Positions 31,470 to 39,486 of a stretch of 64,000 nt of DNA are shown here, in pieces; the stretch's first letter is position 1; every line of letters starts with the position of its first letter. This DNA is from an uncultured Spirochaetota bacterium (GTDB lineage Bacteria > Spirochaetota > Spirochaetia > SZUA-6 > Fen-1364). Location: NCBI GenBank assembly GCA_963734545.1, contig CAVTHO010000009.1, positions 192,001-256,000 of the forward strand, given 5' to 3'. Position numbers and translations under genes: made by a program. The notes below the pieces were generated by a model. It worked only from the letters and a program-made list of their open reading frames with translations, made no database searches and was not told where the DNA came from.

Positions 31470-32346
31470 GAAGCTCTCTGGCCTTCTGCAAGTCCTTTGC
31501 CTGGGCCACGGTGAGACTTTCCAGACTGCCCAGCTCGCTCACGGTGAACCGCGCGAGTGCCCTTGCTTCCTCCCGGTCGGACACATCCGGCACGGCCGCC
31601 CCTGCCTCATAGAGGGATCCCTTCTCCAGCGGCGTGACAGCCGTGTCGAGCTTTGCCGCCCTGGCTTTCAGTTCGCTTGCCCGCCGGCTCCCGGACCAGT
31701 CCCTCTTGTAGAGGGACTTTGCAAGCTCGTTGTAGAAGTCGTAGACCAGTTCCTTCTCGGTGCCTGCCTGAACCTGTGCCTGGCGGAGATCAACGGCCTT
31801 TCGTCCAAGGGAGACCGCGGCTTCGATGCTGCCGAAGGACAACGGCCAGCCCGGCAGCTCGCGATAGAGCTGGCCCAGGACAAAGTAAGCGTCGCTGCGC
31901 TCGGGATTGATGGAGAGCTCCTTTACCAGGAGGTCCTTCATCGGACCCGCCTTGGAAAGTGAGTCGAAGATTCCCCTCACCTGGCCCCAGCGTCCGATGT
32001 TGGCAGATTTCCAGAAGTATCCCTGGTCGTTCTGCGGATCAGCGGCGATGGCCTTGTCCGCGTAGCTCTCACCCTCTACAAACAGGGCAAGGATGTCCGC
32101 CTGCGGCTTCTTGTCTTTTTCAGCGATATCGCCGAGCTCGAGCGTCTCACGCGCCGCCCTCCAGTACAGCTCGGCAAGCTCTTTCCCTCCCTGCGCATCG
32201 GGAACCGAGTCGCGGAGGAGCCTCTGCGCCTCGCCGTACATCCCCTTGTCATGCAGCGCATCCGCCCGCGCGGCGGCCGGGGAGTCCTCCGCGTGCACGA
32301 AGCCCAGGGGCAGGGACAGGAGCAGCAGGGTCAGAAAGCGTCGCAT
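31456..32346 (-). CDS. Exported TPR-like helical protein
   Basis: SD GGAGAG, signal MRRFLTLLLLSLPLGFVHA, TPR-type helices (ADKAIAADPQNDQGYFWK, DAYFVLGQLYRELPG). Confidence 0.7.
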   Translation of the reverse strand: MRRFLTLLLLSLPLGFVHAEDSPAAARADALHDKGMYGEAQRLLRDSVPDAQGGKELAELYWRAARETLELGDIAEKDKKPQADILALFVEGESYADKAIAADPQNDQGYFWKSANIGRWGQVRGIFDSLSKAGPMKDLLVKELSINPERSDAYFVLGQLYRELPGWPLSFGSIEAAVSLGRKAVDLRQAQVQAGTEKELVYDFYNELAKSLYKRDWSGSRRASELKARAAKLDTAVTPLEKGSLYEAGAAVPDVSDREEARALARFTVSELGSLESLTVAQAKDLQKARELLKGW

Positions 32347-32368
32347 CCGGGACTCTCCTTCCAGGTCT

Positions 32369-32462
32369 GCGCCGTCTCGGCGCACTGGGTTTGGCGCCGC
32401 TCTCGGCGCACTGGGTTTGGCGCCGTACTCGGCGCCCTGGGTTTAGCGCCGTACTCGGCGCA
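32369..32462. repeat. Tandem array (about 25-26-bp period, 4 hairpins) GCGCCG-TACT-CGGCGC
   Basis: gcgccg(tct/ctct/tact/tact)cggcgc units joined by actgggtttg-type linkers. Confidence 0.85.
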
Positions 32463-32469
32463 ATTCTTC

Positions 32470-33432
32470 CTACGGGTTCTTGAGCATCCTGACCTTCATG
32501 TCCATTGACAGCTCGAAGGAGTAGCTCGTCCCCGGCTGCATATCGATGTCGCCCACCTGAATGGAGAAAGCTCCTGAGGCAACCCGGATCCTGTGTCTGC
32601 CCGGCGGGACCTCGAATCCTTCCATCTCGTTCCTCGAATTGACCTGCTGGTCATCCACGAAAATCCTGATCCGGCTTCGATCGCCCGGTCCCTGATCAGG
32701 ATTCAGATACGCGGGCGGGATGATGACGCTGAAGGTCGGAGGAGAAAGCTGCCGTTGGAGCTGGACGTTCATGGACATCGGCTTGTTGAGACTGATGTTG
32801 GCGACGAAGTCGGCGTACCCCGGCGCGGAAACGCGCAGCATGTAGGGACCCGGCGGCAGGTACTCGGTGTAGGGAGTTCCCCCCTTGGGCATATTGTTCA
32901 GCATCACCGAGGCGTTCGGCACATTCGCGATCACCGTCAGCGGGAAACCGGCCATCCGCCTCAATTGAACATCCAGCGTCACGGGCCCGGCGACATTCAC
33001 CGTGGAGGAGTAGGGCCGGAAGCCTGCGGCAGACACCTGGATCATGTGAGGGCCGGGCGCCACGTTCGGTACCATCCCCGTGATGTCCGCGCCGTCGAGA
33101 AGAACGGTGGCATTCGGCACGTTGACCCGGACCATGAGGGCGAACCCCTGGGGCTCCAATTGCACGTTGAAAGTCTGGTGGCCTGTCACGACGACCGGGC
33201 CGATGAAATCGAAGTAGCCGTCGGCGTGCACCTTCACGTTATGGGGGCCTCCCGTGACTTTCGTGGTATTTCCGACTACCGGCATGTTGTCGACCCAGAT
33301 CGAAGCGTTGGGCGCATTCACCGCGATGGTGAGGTTCCAGATCTTTTTCGCCGTGAATCCCTGGCCGAAGACGGATGCGGCTACCACGACCAGGGCGATC
33401 GTCAACGTGAATATTCTCGCGGTTCTTCTCAT
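32470..33432 (-). CDS. PEGA-domain exported protein
   Basis: SD AAGGAGG, signal peptide, 3-4 repeats like NVPNASV...GTP...LPPGPYMLRVSAPGYADF. Confidence 0.82.
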   Translation of the reverse strand: MRRTARIFTLTIALVVVAASVFGQGFTAKKIWNLTIAVNAPNASIWVDNMPVVGNTTKVTGGPHNVKVHADGYFDFIGPVVVTGHQTFNVQLEPQGFALMVRVNVPNATVLLDGADITGMVPNVAPGPHMIQVSAAGFRPYSSTVNVAGPVTLDVQLRRMAGFPLTVIANVPNASVMLNNMPKGGTPYTEYLPPGPYMLRVSAPGYADFVANISLNKPMSMNVQLQRQLSPPTFSVIIPPAYLNPDQGPGDRSRIRIFVDDQQVNSRNEMEGFEVPPGRHRIRVASGAFSIQVGDIDMQPGTSYSFELSMDMKVRMLKNP

Positions 33433-33609
33433 TCGCTTCCTCCTTGCGGACGCCGGAAAGTATACCCTTTCCGTGCTGATTATCAACGCCGAAACGCCTT
33501 CGCAGGGAGCGCGACCCTTGACAATGGCCGGAAAAATGGGCTTTCTGTACACGAAAATCGTTCACCGCCGGTCACGGTATCCCGTGACATTTGAAAGGAA
33601 TCCCGCGTA

Positions 33610-34209
33610 ATGCGATATTTGCGTCCGCTCGTTTTCTTCGTCACGCTCCTCTGCATCGCCTCGTGCGCGAAGCCTCCGCAGGCGGAAATCGACGCCGCGA
33701 AGGCAGCACTGGATGCCGCCGCGAAGAATGCGGATGTCGTGACGTACGCGCCGGATTCGCTGCGTGTCGCGCAGGATAAGATGGCGGCGCTGGACGCAGA
33801 GCTCTCTGCACAGGCAAAACGGACCGTGCTCTCCCGCAATTACGATCTCGCCAAGTCGCTCGCCCTGGAAGCAGCGGATGACGCACGCAAAGCGGCGGCG
33901 GACGCCGTCGCGACCAAGGAGCAGGTGGCCCGGGATGCGTCCTCCCTCGTTGAGGAGGTCACAACAGCCATTCCCCTGTTCGAGTCAAAGGTATGGGCAG
34001 CCAGGCGCGTGCCCAGGATCAAGATGGATTTCATCGCCCCGCTGGCCCTCCTTCCCGCGCAGGCGCGGGCCACCCTGGCGGACGCGCAGAAGGACATCAG
34101 CGGCGGGGCATTCGCCACGGCCAAGGCAAAGCTCATGGCCGTGAAAGATCAACTGTCCTCCTCGGAAGAAACGATCACCGAACAGACACGAATCGCCAAG
34201 AGCCGCTAG
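33610..34209 (+). CDS. Helical lipoprotein (DUF4398-like)
   Basis: Lipobox IASC, KPPQAEIDAAKAALDAA...YAPDSL; Ala-rich coiled coil. Confidence 0.72.
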   Translation: MRYLRPLVFFVTLLCIASCAKPPQAEIDAAKAALDAAAKNADVVTYAPDSLRVAQDKMAALDAELSAQAKRTVLSRNYDLAKSLALEAADDARKAAADAVATKEQVARDASSLVEEVTTAIPLFESKVWAARRVPRIKMDFIAPLALLPAQARATLADAQKDISGGAFATAKAKLMAVKDQLSSSEETITEQTRIAKSR

Positions 34210-34285
34210 TGCGCCGCGGTACGCCGCGGATTCATTGCGCCGCGGTACGCCGCGGATTCATTGCGCCGCGGGACCAGCGGCGCGG
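34210..34285. repeat. Tandem array (26-bp period) CCGCGG-TACG-CCGCGG-ATTC
   Basis: tgcgccgcggtacgccgcggattcat at 34210 and 34236, degenerate third copy from 34262; lies between convergent genes. Confidence 0.85.
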
Positions 34286-35367
34286 AACCCAGCAAGAAAG
34301 CGCCGCATGCGTATGAGTCTCTCCGCGTAGAATGACCGCCAGACCGCAGGGAGCGCCACTGCGCCCTTCGCAAGGTCTTCCAGCCGGGCCACGACCATCT
34401 CCCCTCTCTCGTTCCTGTAGTTCGCGATGGGGACAGCCTCGACGCCGCTCACCGCGCAGCCCCCCGCACACCGCACCTGCACCGAGAGCATGTAGGCTTC
34501 TCCGGTCGCCGCCAGCTCATCCGCGGGCGCTTTCGGGTCGAGCCGCCAGGTCATGCCGGAGATGAAGTTTCCCATCGAATACATGATGAGCCTGTCGGCC
34601 CCGCGCGCGCGGACGATCTCGTATCCCTGGACCACGTGAGGATGATGGCTGAACACGATGCACGCGCCGGCTTCCACCAGCTTGTGGAAGAAGCGCTTTT
34701 TCAGTGCCGAGGGTCGCGGGGAATACTCACGGTCGCCATGGTAGGAAACTATGAGAAGGTCGAACTGCCGGCTGATCCGGCTCACGAAGCCGAGGAACTC
34801 CTGCGCCGCGGTCTCGTTGGCGTAGTCGACCACCTGCACATACCTGCCCTGGTCACGCTCGTTCAGAAACTGGGTGGCCGCGAGGAACCCGACCCTCAAT
34901 CCCCGCACGGTGAGGGCGTCCGGATAGAACGAGCCGTGCGGATTGCCCCGGATTCCGGAGAAGGCCATTGGCCGTCCCACGGACGCGCGCAGGGCGTGGA
35001 GGGAGCGCAGTGTCTGGAAGATGCCCTCCGGTCCGCCGTCGAACGCGTGGTTGTTGGCATCGGACAGGACGTCGATGCCCGCGTCCGCCGCTGCGCGCAG
35101 GTACGACGAGTTCCCATTGAAATAGGGATACCCGGATTCCGGACGGGTGGGGTCCACCGGCAGCTCGAGGTTGGCCACGGTGAGATCGTCGCCGAGAAAC
35201 GTCTGCTCCACGCCCCTGTAGATGTCGTGGTAATCCCTCATGCGGAAGTTCACGTCGTGCGCCATGATATCGCCGATGAAGGTGAGACGCAGGGTGCGCG
35301 GTGCCTGCGCGGCAGATGACGGCGGGAAAGCGAGGAGCAGGGCGAATAGAATGAGCGGCGCGCGCAT
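34258..35367 (-). CDS. CapA-family metallophosphatase
   Basis: FIGDIM, ANLE, ANNHAFDGG, SYHGDREY, SHHPHVVQ, YSMGNF; signal peptide from ATG 35367. Confidence 0.88.
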   Translation of the reverse strand: MRAPLILFALLLAFPPSSAAQAPRTLRLTFIGDIMAHDVNFRMRDYHDIYRGVEQTFLGDDLTVANLELPVDPTRPESGYPYFNGNSSYLRAAADAGIDVLSDANNHAFDGGPEGIFQTLRSLHALRASVGRPMAFSGIRGNPHGSFYPDALTVRGLRVGFLAATQFLNERDQGRYVQVVDYANETAAQEFLGFVSRISRQFDLLIVSYHGDREYSPRPSALKKRFFHKLVEAGACIVFSHHPHVVQGYEIVRARGADRLIMYSMGNFISGMTWRLDPKAPADELAATGEAYMLSVQVRCAGGCAVSGVEAVPIANYRNERGEMVVARLEDLAKGAVALPAVWRSFYAERLIRMRRFLAGFRAAGPAAQ

Positions 35368-35467
35368 CGTGCTCGTCCGCTCTTGAGTATCGCGGCAGGG
35401 CCGGCCCGGCGTCAACTCATTGAGGTCGATTTCCCCCGTCAGGGGGGCGCAGGCTGATCCAGGCCGT

Positions 35468-35914
35468 CTACAGCTGACGGAGGCCCAGGTAGACGAGAGC
35501 GGCGAATCCCGCCCCTGCCGCGATGCCGACAACTATCTCCGGCAGCGAGTGGCCCAACCGGGTGTTGATCTCACCCGCGTCCAGTCCCGGATGCTGCTCG
35601 ACCAGCTTCGTAAGCACGCGCGCCTGGTGCGCGACCGCCCCGCGCAGCCGCCAGGAATCATAGATGATGATAATGGAGAAGACGGCTGCCACCGCGAACA
35701 CTTCCGACTGGAAGCCGCTCCACAGCCCGACGGACACCGAGAGCGCCGTGACGAATGCCGAGTGCGCGCTGGGCATGCCCCCTGCCGAGAAGAAATAGGA
35801 AAGGGCGACGCGCTTCTCTGCAATCGAATAGAACACGACCTTGAAGAGCTGGCAGGCAACCTGCACGGCGAGGGCGCTCAGCAGGCTGACGCTGAGAGGA
35901 AGCATGGGCACCAT
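35468..35914 (-). CDS. Divergent PAP2 family (DUF212) membrane protein
   Basis: AGGMPSAHSA, IIYDSWRLR, RLGHSLPEIVVG. Confidence 0.88.
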   Translation of the reverse strand: MVPMLPLSVSLLSALAVQVACQLFKVVFYSIAEKRVALSYFFSAGGMPSAHSAFVTALSVSVGLWSGFQSEVFAVAAVFSIIIIYDSWRLRGAVAHQARVLTKLVEQHPGLDAGEINTRLGHSLPEIVVGIAAGAGFAALVYLGLRQL

Positions 35915-35980
35915 GCGGCAAGTGTACGCCAAAAGCAGCCGCCTTGACAAACTCGTTGAAGCGCATCACTTTTCATTGTC

Positions 35981-36922
35981 ATGAGCCAGGCTGCACGCGG
36001 CACGCCCGCGGATTCATGGAGTGCCATCGTGGAACGGATTCTCGATTCCTACCGCGAGCTGGGGGGCATCAATCACCTCGAAGGACCGAACCTGCCCTCC
36101 CGGCAGAGCGTCGAGCGGATCGTGGAAGTGCTCGGATCCCTGGTTTTCCCCGGGTTCCGCGCGGAGGAGAATCTCGACCTGGCCGGGCTGCGCTACGCCA
36201 TCGGGGAGAAGGTGGTCACCGTCTCCCGCGCGCTCACGATCGAGGTGGAGAAAAGCCTTCGGTACACGTGCAGGATCATGAACGATTGCGAGCGCCACCA
36301 GGACTGCAGCGGAGAGGCGGAAGAGATCGTGCGGGACCTGCTGGAAGGCATCCCCGAAATCCGCCGCCGGTTGAACCGGGACGTGCAGGCGGCCGACCGC
36401 GGTGACCCCGCGGCGCGCTCACAGGAGGAGGTCATCCTCTCCTACCCCGGCGTGGAGGCCATTCTCGTGCATCGTATTGCCCACGAGCTCCATGAGAAGG
36501 GTGTGGGCATGATCCCGCGGATGATGAGCGAATACATCCACGGCAAGACGGGCATCGACATCCATCCCGGGGCCCGCATCGGTGATTCGTTCTTCATCGA
36601 CCACGGCACGGGGGTCGTCATCGGGGAGACCACGGTGATCGGCGACAATGTCAAGCTCTACCAGGGCGTCACCCTGGGAGCGTTGAGCGTGCAGAAGGAG
36701 CTCGCCAATCGAAAAAGGCATCCGACGATAGAGGACGAGGTCACGATCTACGCGGGGGCGACGATTCTCGGCGGGGACACGGTGATCGGCAAGGGCTCGA
36801 TCATCGGCGGCAACGTGTGGCTCACCGCGAGCGTTCCCCCCAACAGCAGGATCTATCACACTCCCAGCCAGATCCGGCACGCCCGCGCGGATGACCCGGA
36901 CGCGTGGGACGGAGGCTTGTGA
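35981..36922 (+). CDS. cysE: Serine O-acetyltransferase (long EpsC type)
   Basis: GDPAARS..EVILSYPG, HRIAHEL, TGIDIHPGA, FFIDHGTGVVIGET, YQGVTLGA, KRHPTI. Confidence 0.92.
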   Translation: MSQAARGTPADSWSAIVERILDSYRELGGINHLEGPNLPSRQSVERIVEVLGSLVFPGFRAEENLDLAGLRYAIGEKVVTVSRALTIEVEKSLRYTCRIMNDCERHQDCSGEAEEIVRDLLEGIPEIRRRLNRDVQAADRGDPAARSQEEVILSYPGVEAILVHRIAHELHEKGVGMIPRMMSEYIHGKTGIDIHPGARIGDSFFIDHGTGVVIGETTVIGDNVKLYQGVTLGALSVQKELANRKRHPTIEDEVTIYAGATILGGDTVIGKGSIIGGNVWLTASVPPNSRIYHTPSQIRHARADDPDAWDGGL

Positions 36923-38085
36923 GCTCCCCGGCCGACCACAATCACGACGCTCCCGCCTCGGAACGCCATATGCGCATCGGCATCTGCTGCTATCCCACCG
37001 CGGGCGGCAGCGGCGTCGTGGCCACCGAGCTGGGCAAACACCTGGCCGAGCGCGGGCATTCCGTGGCGTTCATCAGCTACGCCAATCCTCTGCGCCTGGG
37101 CGAGCTGCCCCCGCGCGTGTGCTACCACGAGGTGGACCAGGAAGACCACGCGCTCCTGAAGCAGTTCCCGCACAGCCTGCAGCTCACCGCGAAGATGGTC
37201 GAAGTGGCGCGCACGCACAAGCTGCAGATCATGCACGTGCACTATGCCATCCCGTTTGCTGCCGCGGCCATCATGGCCCGGCAGATCGCACCCGAGCTGA
37301 GCCTGAAGGTAGTCACCACGCTCCACGGAACGGACATCACCCTGGTGGGCTCCAGCCCCTCATTCAAGCCGGTCACCACGTGGTCCATCGAACAGTCGGA
37401 CGCGGTCACTGCAGTCTCGCGCTACCTTCGGGACGAGACTTACCGCCAGCTCCCCATGCACAAGGAGGTCGAGGTCGTCCACAACTTCATCGATCCGGAC
37501 CGGCATGACGTGCGGGAGCCGCGGTGCATTCCCGAAAAGAAATCCGCGCGGCAGGTCACCCTCATGCATATCTCCAATTTCCGGCCCTTGAAGCGGGTGG
37601 GAGACGTCGTGCGCATATTTGCCAAGGTGAAGGCAGAAATGGACGCCCGGCTGGTACTGGTAGGGGACGGCCCGGAATACGCAAGGACCCGCGAGCTCGT
37701 GGAGAGCATGGGCCTGGCAGACGCGGTGCGCTACGTGGGCGTGGTGGACGATGTGGTGCCGATCCTGAAGGCCGCGGACGTTCTTCTGCTCCCCAGTGAG
37801 ACGGAAAGCTTCGGTCTCGTGGCCCTGGAAGCCATGGCCAGCGGCGTTCCCGTGGTGGCGAGCGACGTGGGGGGACTCCCCGAGGTTGTCGAGCACGGGG
37901 TCACCGGGTTTCTGGCGCCTGTCGGAGACGTCGACGCAATGGCAGGATTCTGCCTCCGGCTCCTTGCTGATTGCGCCGGCGCAAAGACCTATGCGCGGGC
38001 CGCCCGGAAGAGAGCCGTGGAAGAATTCGACTACAGGACCATCGTGCCTCAGTACGAACGGATCTACGAGCAGGTCCTGGGATAA
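36919..38085 (+). CDS. bshA: GT4 glycosyltransferase, N-acetyl-alpha-D-glucosaminyl L-malate synthase-like
   Basis: [61 protein letters not shown]; GTGA overlap with cysE (alternative ATG 36970). Confidence 0.85.
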   Translation: MSSPADHNHDAPASERHMRIGICCYPTAGGSGVVATELGKHLAERGHSVAFISYANPLRLGELPPRVCYHEVDQEDHALLKQFPHSLQLTAKMVEVARTHKLQIMHVHYAIPFAAAAIMARQIAPELSLKVVTTLHGTDITLVGSSPSFKPVTTWSIEQSDAVTAVSRYLRDETYRQLPMHKEVEVVHNFIDPDRHDVREPRCIPEKKSARQVTLMHISNFRPLKRVGDVVRIFAKVKAEMDARLVLVGDGPEYARTRELVESMGLADAVRYVGVVDDVVPILKAADVLLLPSETESFGLVALEAMASGVPVVASDVGGLPEVVEHGVTGFLAPVGDVDAMAGFCLRLLADCAGAKTYARAARKRAVEEFDYRTIVPQYERIYEQVLG

Positions 38086-38141
38086 CGAGCGGGCGCTGCT
38101 CGCTCAGGCGCGGGGGTTTGGCTCACCGCGGCACGTGCCGC

Positions 38142-38888
38142 TCAGTTCAGGCTCTTCGACGCGCCTACCATGGAGAGGTAGCTGGATTCCAGCCCCTGGA
38201 TCTGCTTCACGATTGAAAGGAACTTGTCTGCCTCGCCCTTGTTGCCATAGGGACCGATGCGCACCCGATAGTACGTCTCATTCCTGAGGGCATAGGAAAA
38301 GAGCCGGGCGGACAATCCCTTGCCCGAAAGAAGAGCGGCGAGCTCCTCCGCCTTGGTCTGGCTCTTGTACGAGCCGGTCTGGATCCAATAGTCCACGGTT
38401 CGACGCACCGTTCTCGCCTGAGTCTGCGGCTTGATCAGGCCGGGCTTGTGCACGGCTTTCGCAGCGGGCCGGGCGGCCTGTGCCGGCGGTGTGATCTGTC
38501 TGGGGAGCACCGGCTGCGCGACCGCCGGTTGCGGGGGTCTCTCGGGCGGGCTGGCTGCCGGCGGCGGGGTGGTGGCAGCAGGAGTCTCCGGACCGGCGGG
38601 CTTTTCTCCCCCCTCGCCGATATAGAAATGCATGGTCTGGGTGTTCTCCGGCGGAGTTCCACCGGCAGGCGCTTGCCCGGAAGCTCCCGCGCCCGGGCGG
38701 GGACCTGTTGTTTCTCTCTGGTACTCGTAGACCTGGGTCCCGAGGTCGGAAATGGGGCTGACGGTGCCGGGTGCGGAGGTGAGCCCGCTGTATGGTTTCT
38801 GCTTCAGCAGGAAAACGCCGACCACGAGCACGACGACCACGAAAACGCTCACCGAGAGCACGACCCAGAAGATCTTCTGTTTCTCCAT
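38142..38888 (-). CDS. SPOR-domain membrane-anchored cell-division protein
   Basis: N-terminal TM, Pro/Ala linker, YWIQTGSYKS...YYRVRIGPY. Confidence 0.88.
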   Translation of the reverse strand: MEKQKIFWVVLSVSVFVVVVLVVGVFLLKQKPYSGLTSAPGTVSPISDLGTQVYEYQRETTGPRPGAGASGQAPAGGTPPENTQTMHFYIGEGGEKPAGPETPAATTPPPAASPPERPPQPAVAQPVLPRQITPPAQAARPAAKAVHKPGLIKPQTQARTVRRTVDYWIQTGSYKSQTKAEELAALLSGKGLSARLFSYALRNETYYRVRIGPYGNKGEADKFLSIVKQIQGLESSYLSMVGASKSLN

Positions 38889-38895
38889 CTGATTC

Positions 38896-39474
38896 CTAAC
38901 CTCTCAGGCGCCGGTCCAGCCGCGCGATGCGGCGCTCCAATGCTCGCGCGCTGCCCCAGTTGGGCACACTATAAGTATCGACCGAGGAGCCATTAGATTG
39001 AGGCCGCACGTCCTCCTGGGAACGGATCCGCGCCCACGCATCCCGAAGGGAAAGGGAGTCCCGCCGCATGGCCCGCAGCAGGCGCAGGGGCGCAGGCGCA
39101 CGGACAAAGAACACCGCGTCGCAGATCAGATGAAGACCCGCCCGATGGAGGAGGGGTGCATTGACGACCACGTCGCCGGGGGCCGACGCAATGAGCTGCC
39201 TGATCCTTTCCAGGACGGGAGGGTGCACGATAGCCTCCAGGCGTCTCCGGGCGGCCGGATCGGCGAAGACGATCCGGCCGAGGGCCCGCCTGTCGACCCC
39301 GCCGTCCACGCTTCGCACGCCGGGACCGAACTGCGCGATGACATCGAGGGTTCGATCTACCAGCACATCGTGGGCAATGGCATCCGCATCTATGATGCGA
39401 TACCCCCGGGACGCAAGGGCACGGCCTGCCGTGTCCTTCCCGGCGCAATAGCGGCCCGTCAAACCAATGATCAT
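38896..39474 (-). CDS. coaE: Dephospho-CoA kinase
   Basis: IIGLTGRYCAGKD, IDADAIAH, DRRALGRIVF, LEAIVHP. Confidence 0.92.
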   Translation of the reverse strand: MIIGLTGRYCAGKDTAGRALASRGYRIIDADAIAHDVLVDRTLDVIAQFGPGVRSVDGGVDRRALGRIVFADPAARRRLEAIVHPPVLERIRQLIASAPGDVVVNAPLLHRAGLHLICDAVFFVRAPAPLRLLRAMRRDSLSLRDAWARIRSQEDVRPQSNGSSVDTYSVPNWGSARALERRIARLDRRLRG

Positions 39475-39486
39475 GACGTGCGCGGC

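Noticed and set aside
32369-32462. Possible mini-CRISPR array (also considered for 1941-2024, 34210-34285 and 60357-60509)
   Set aside because: Linkers are short and near-identical rather than unique 30-40 bp spacers, and there are no cas genes; these are tandem hairpin repeats.
35385-35395. GAGTATCGCGG as another REP-like copy
   Set aside because: No complementary arm; it is better explained as the -10 box (GATACT) of a TTGACG-N18 promoter for capA.
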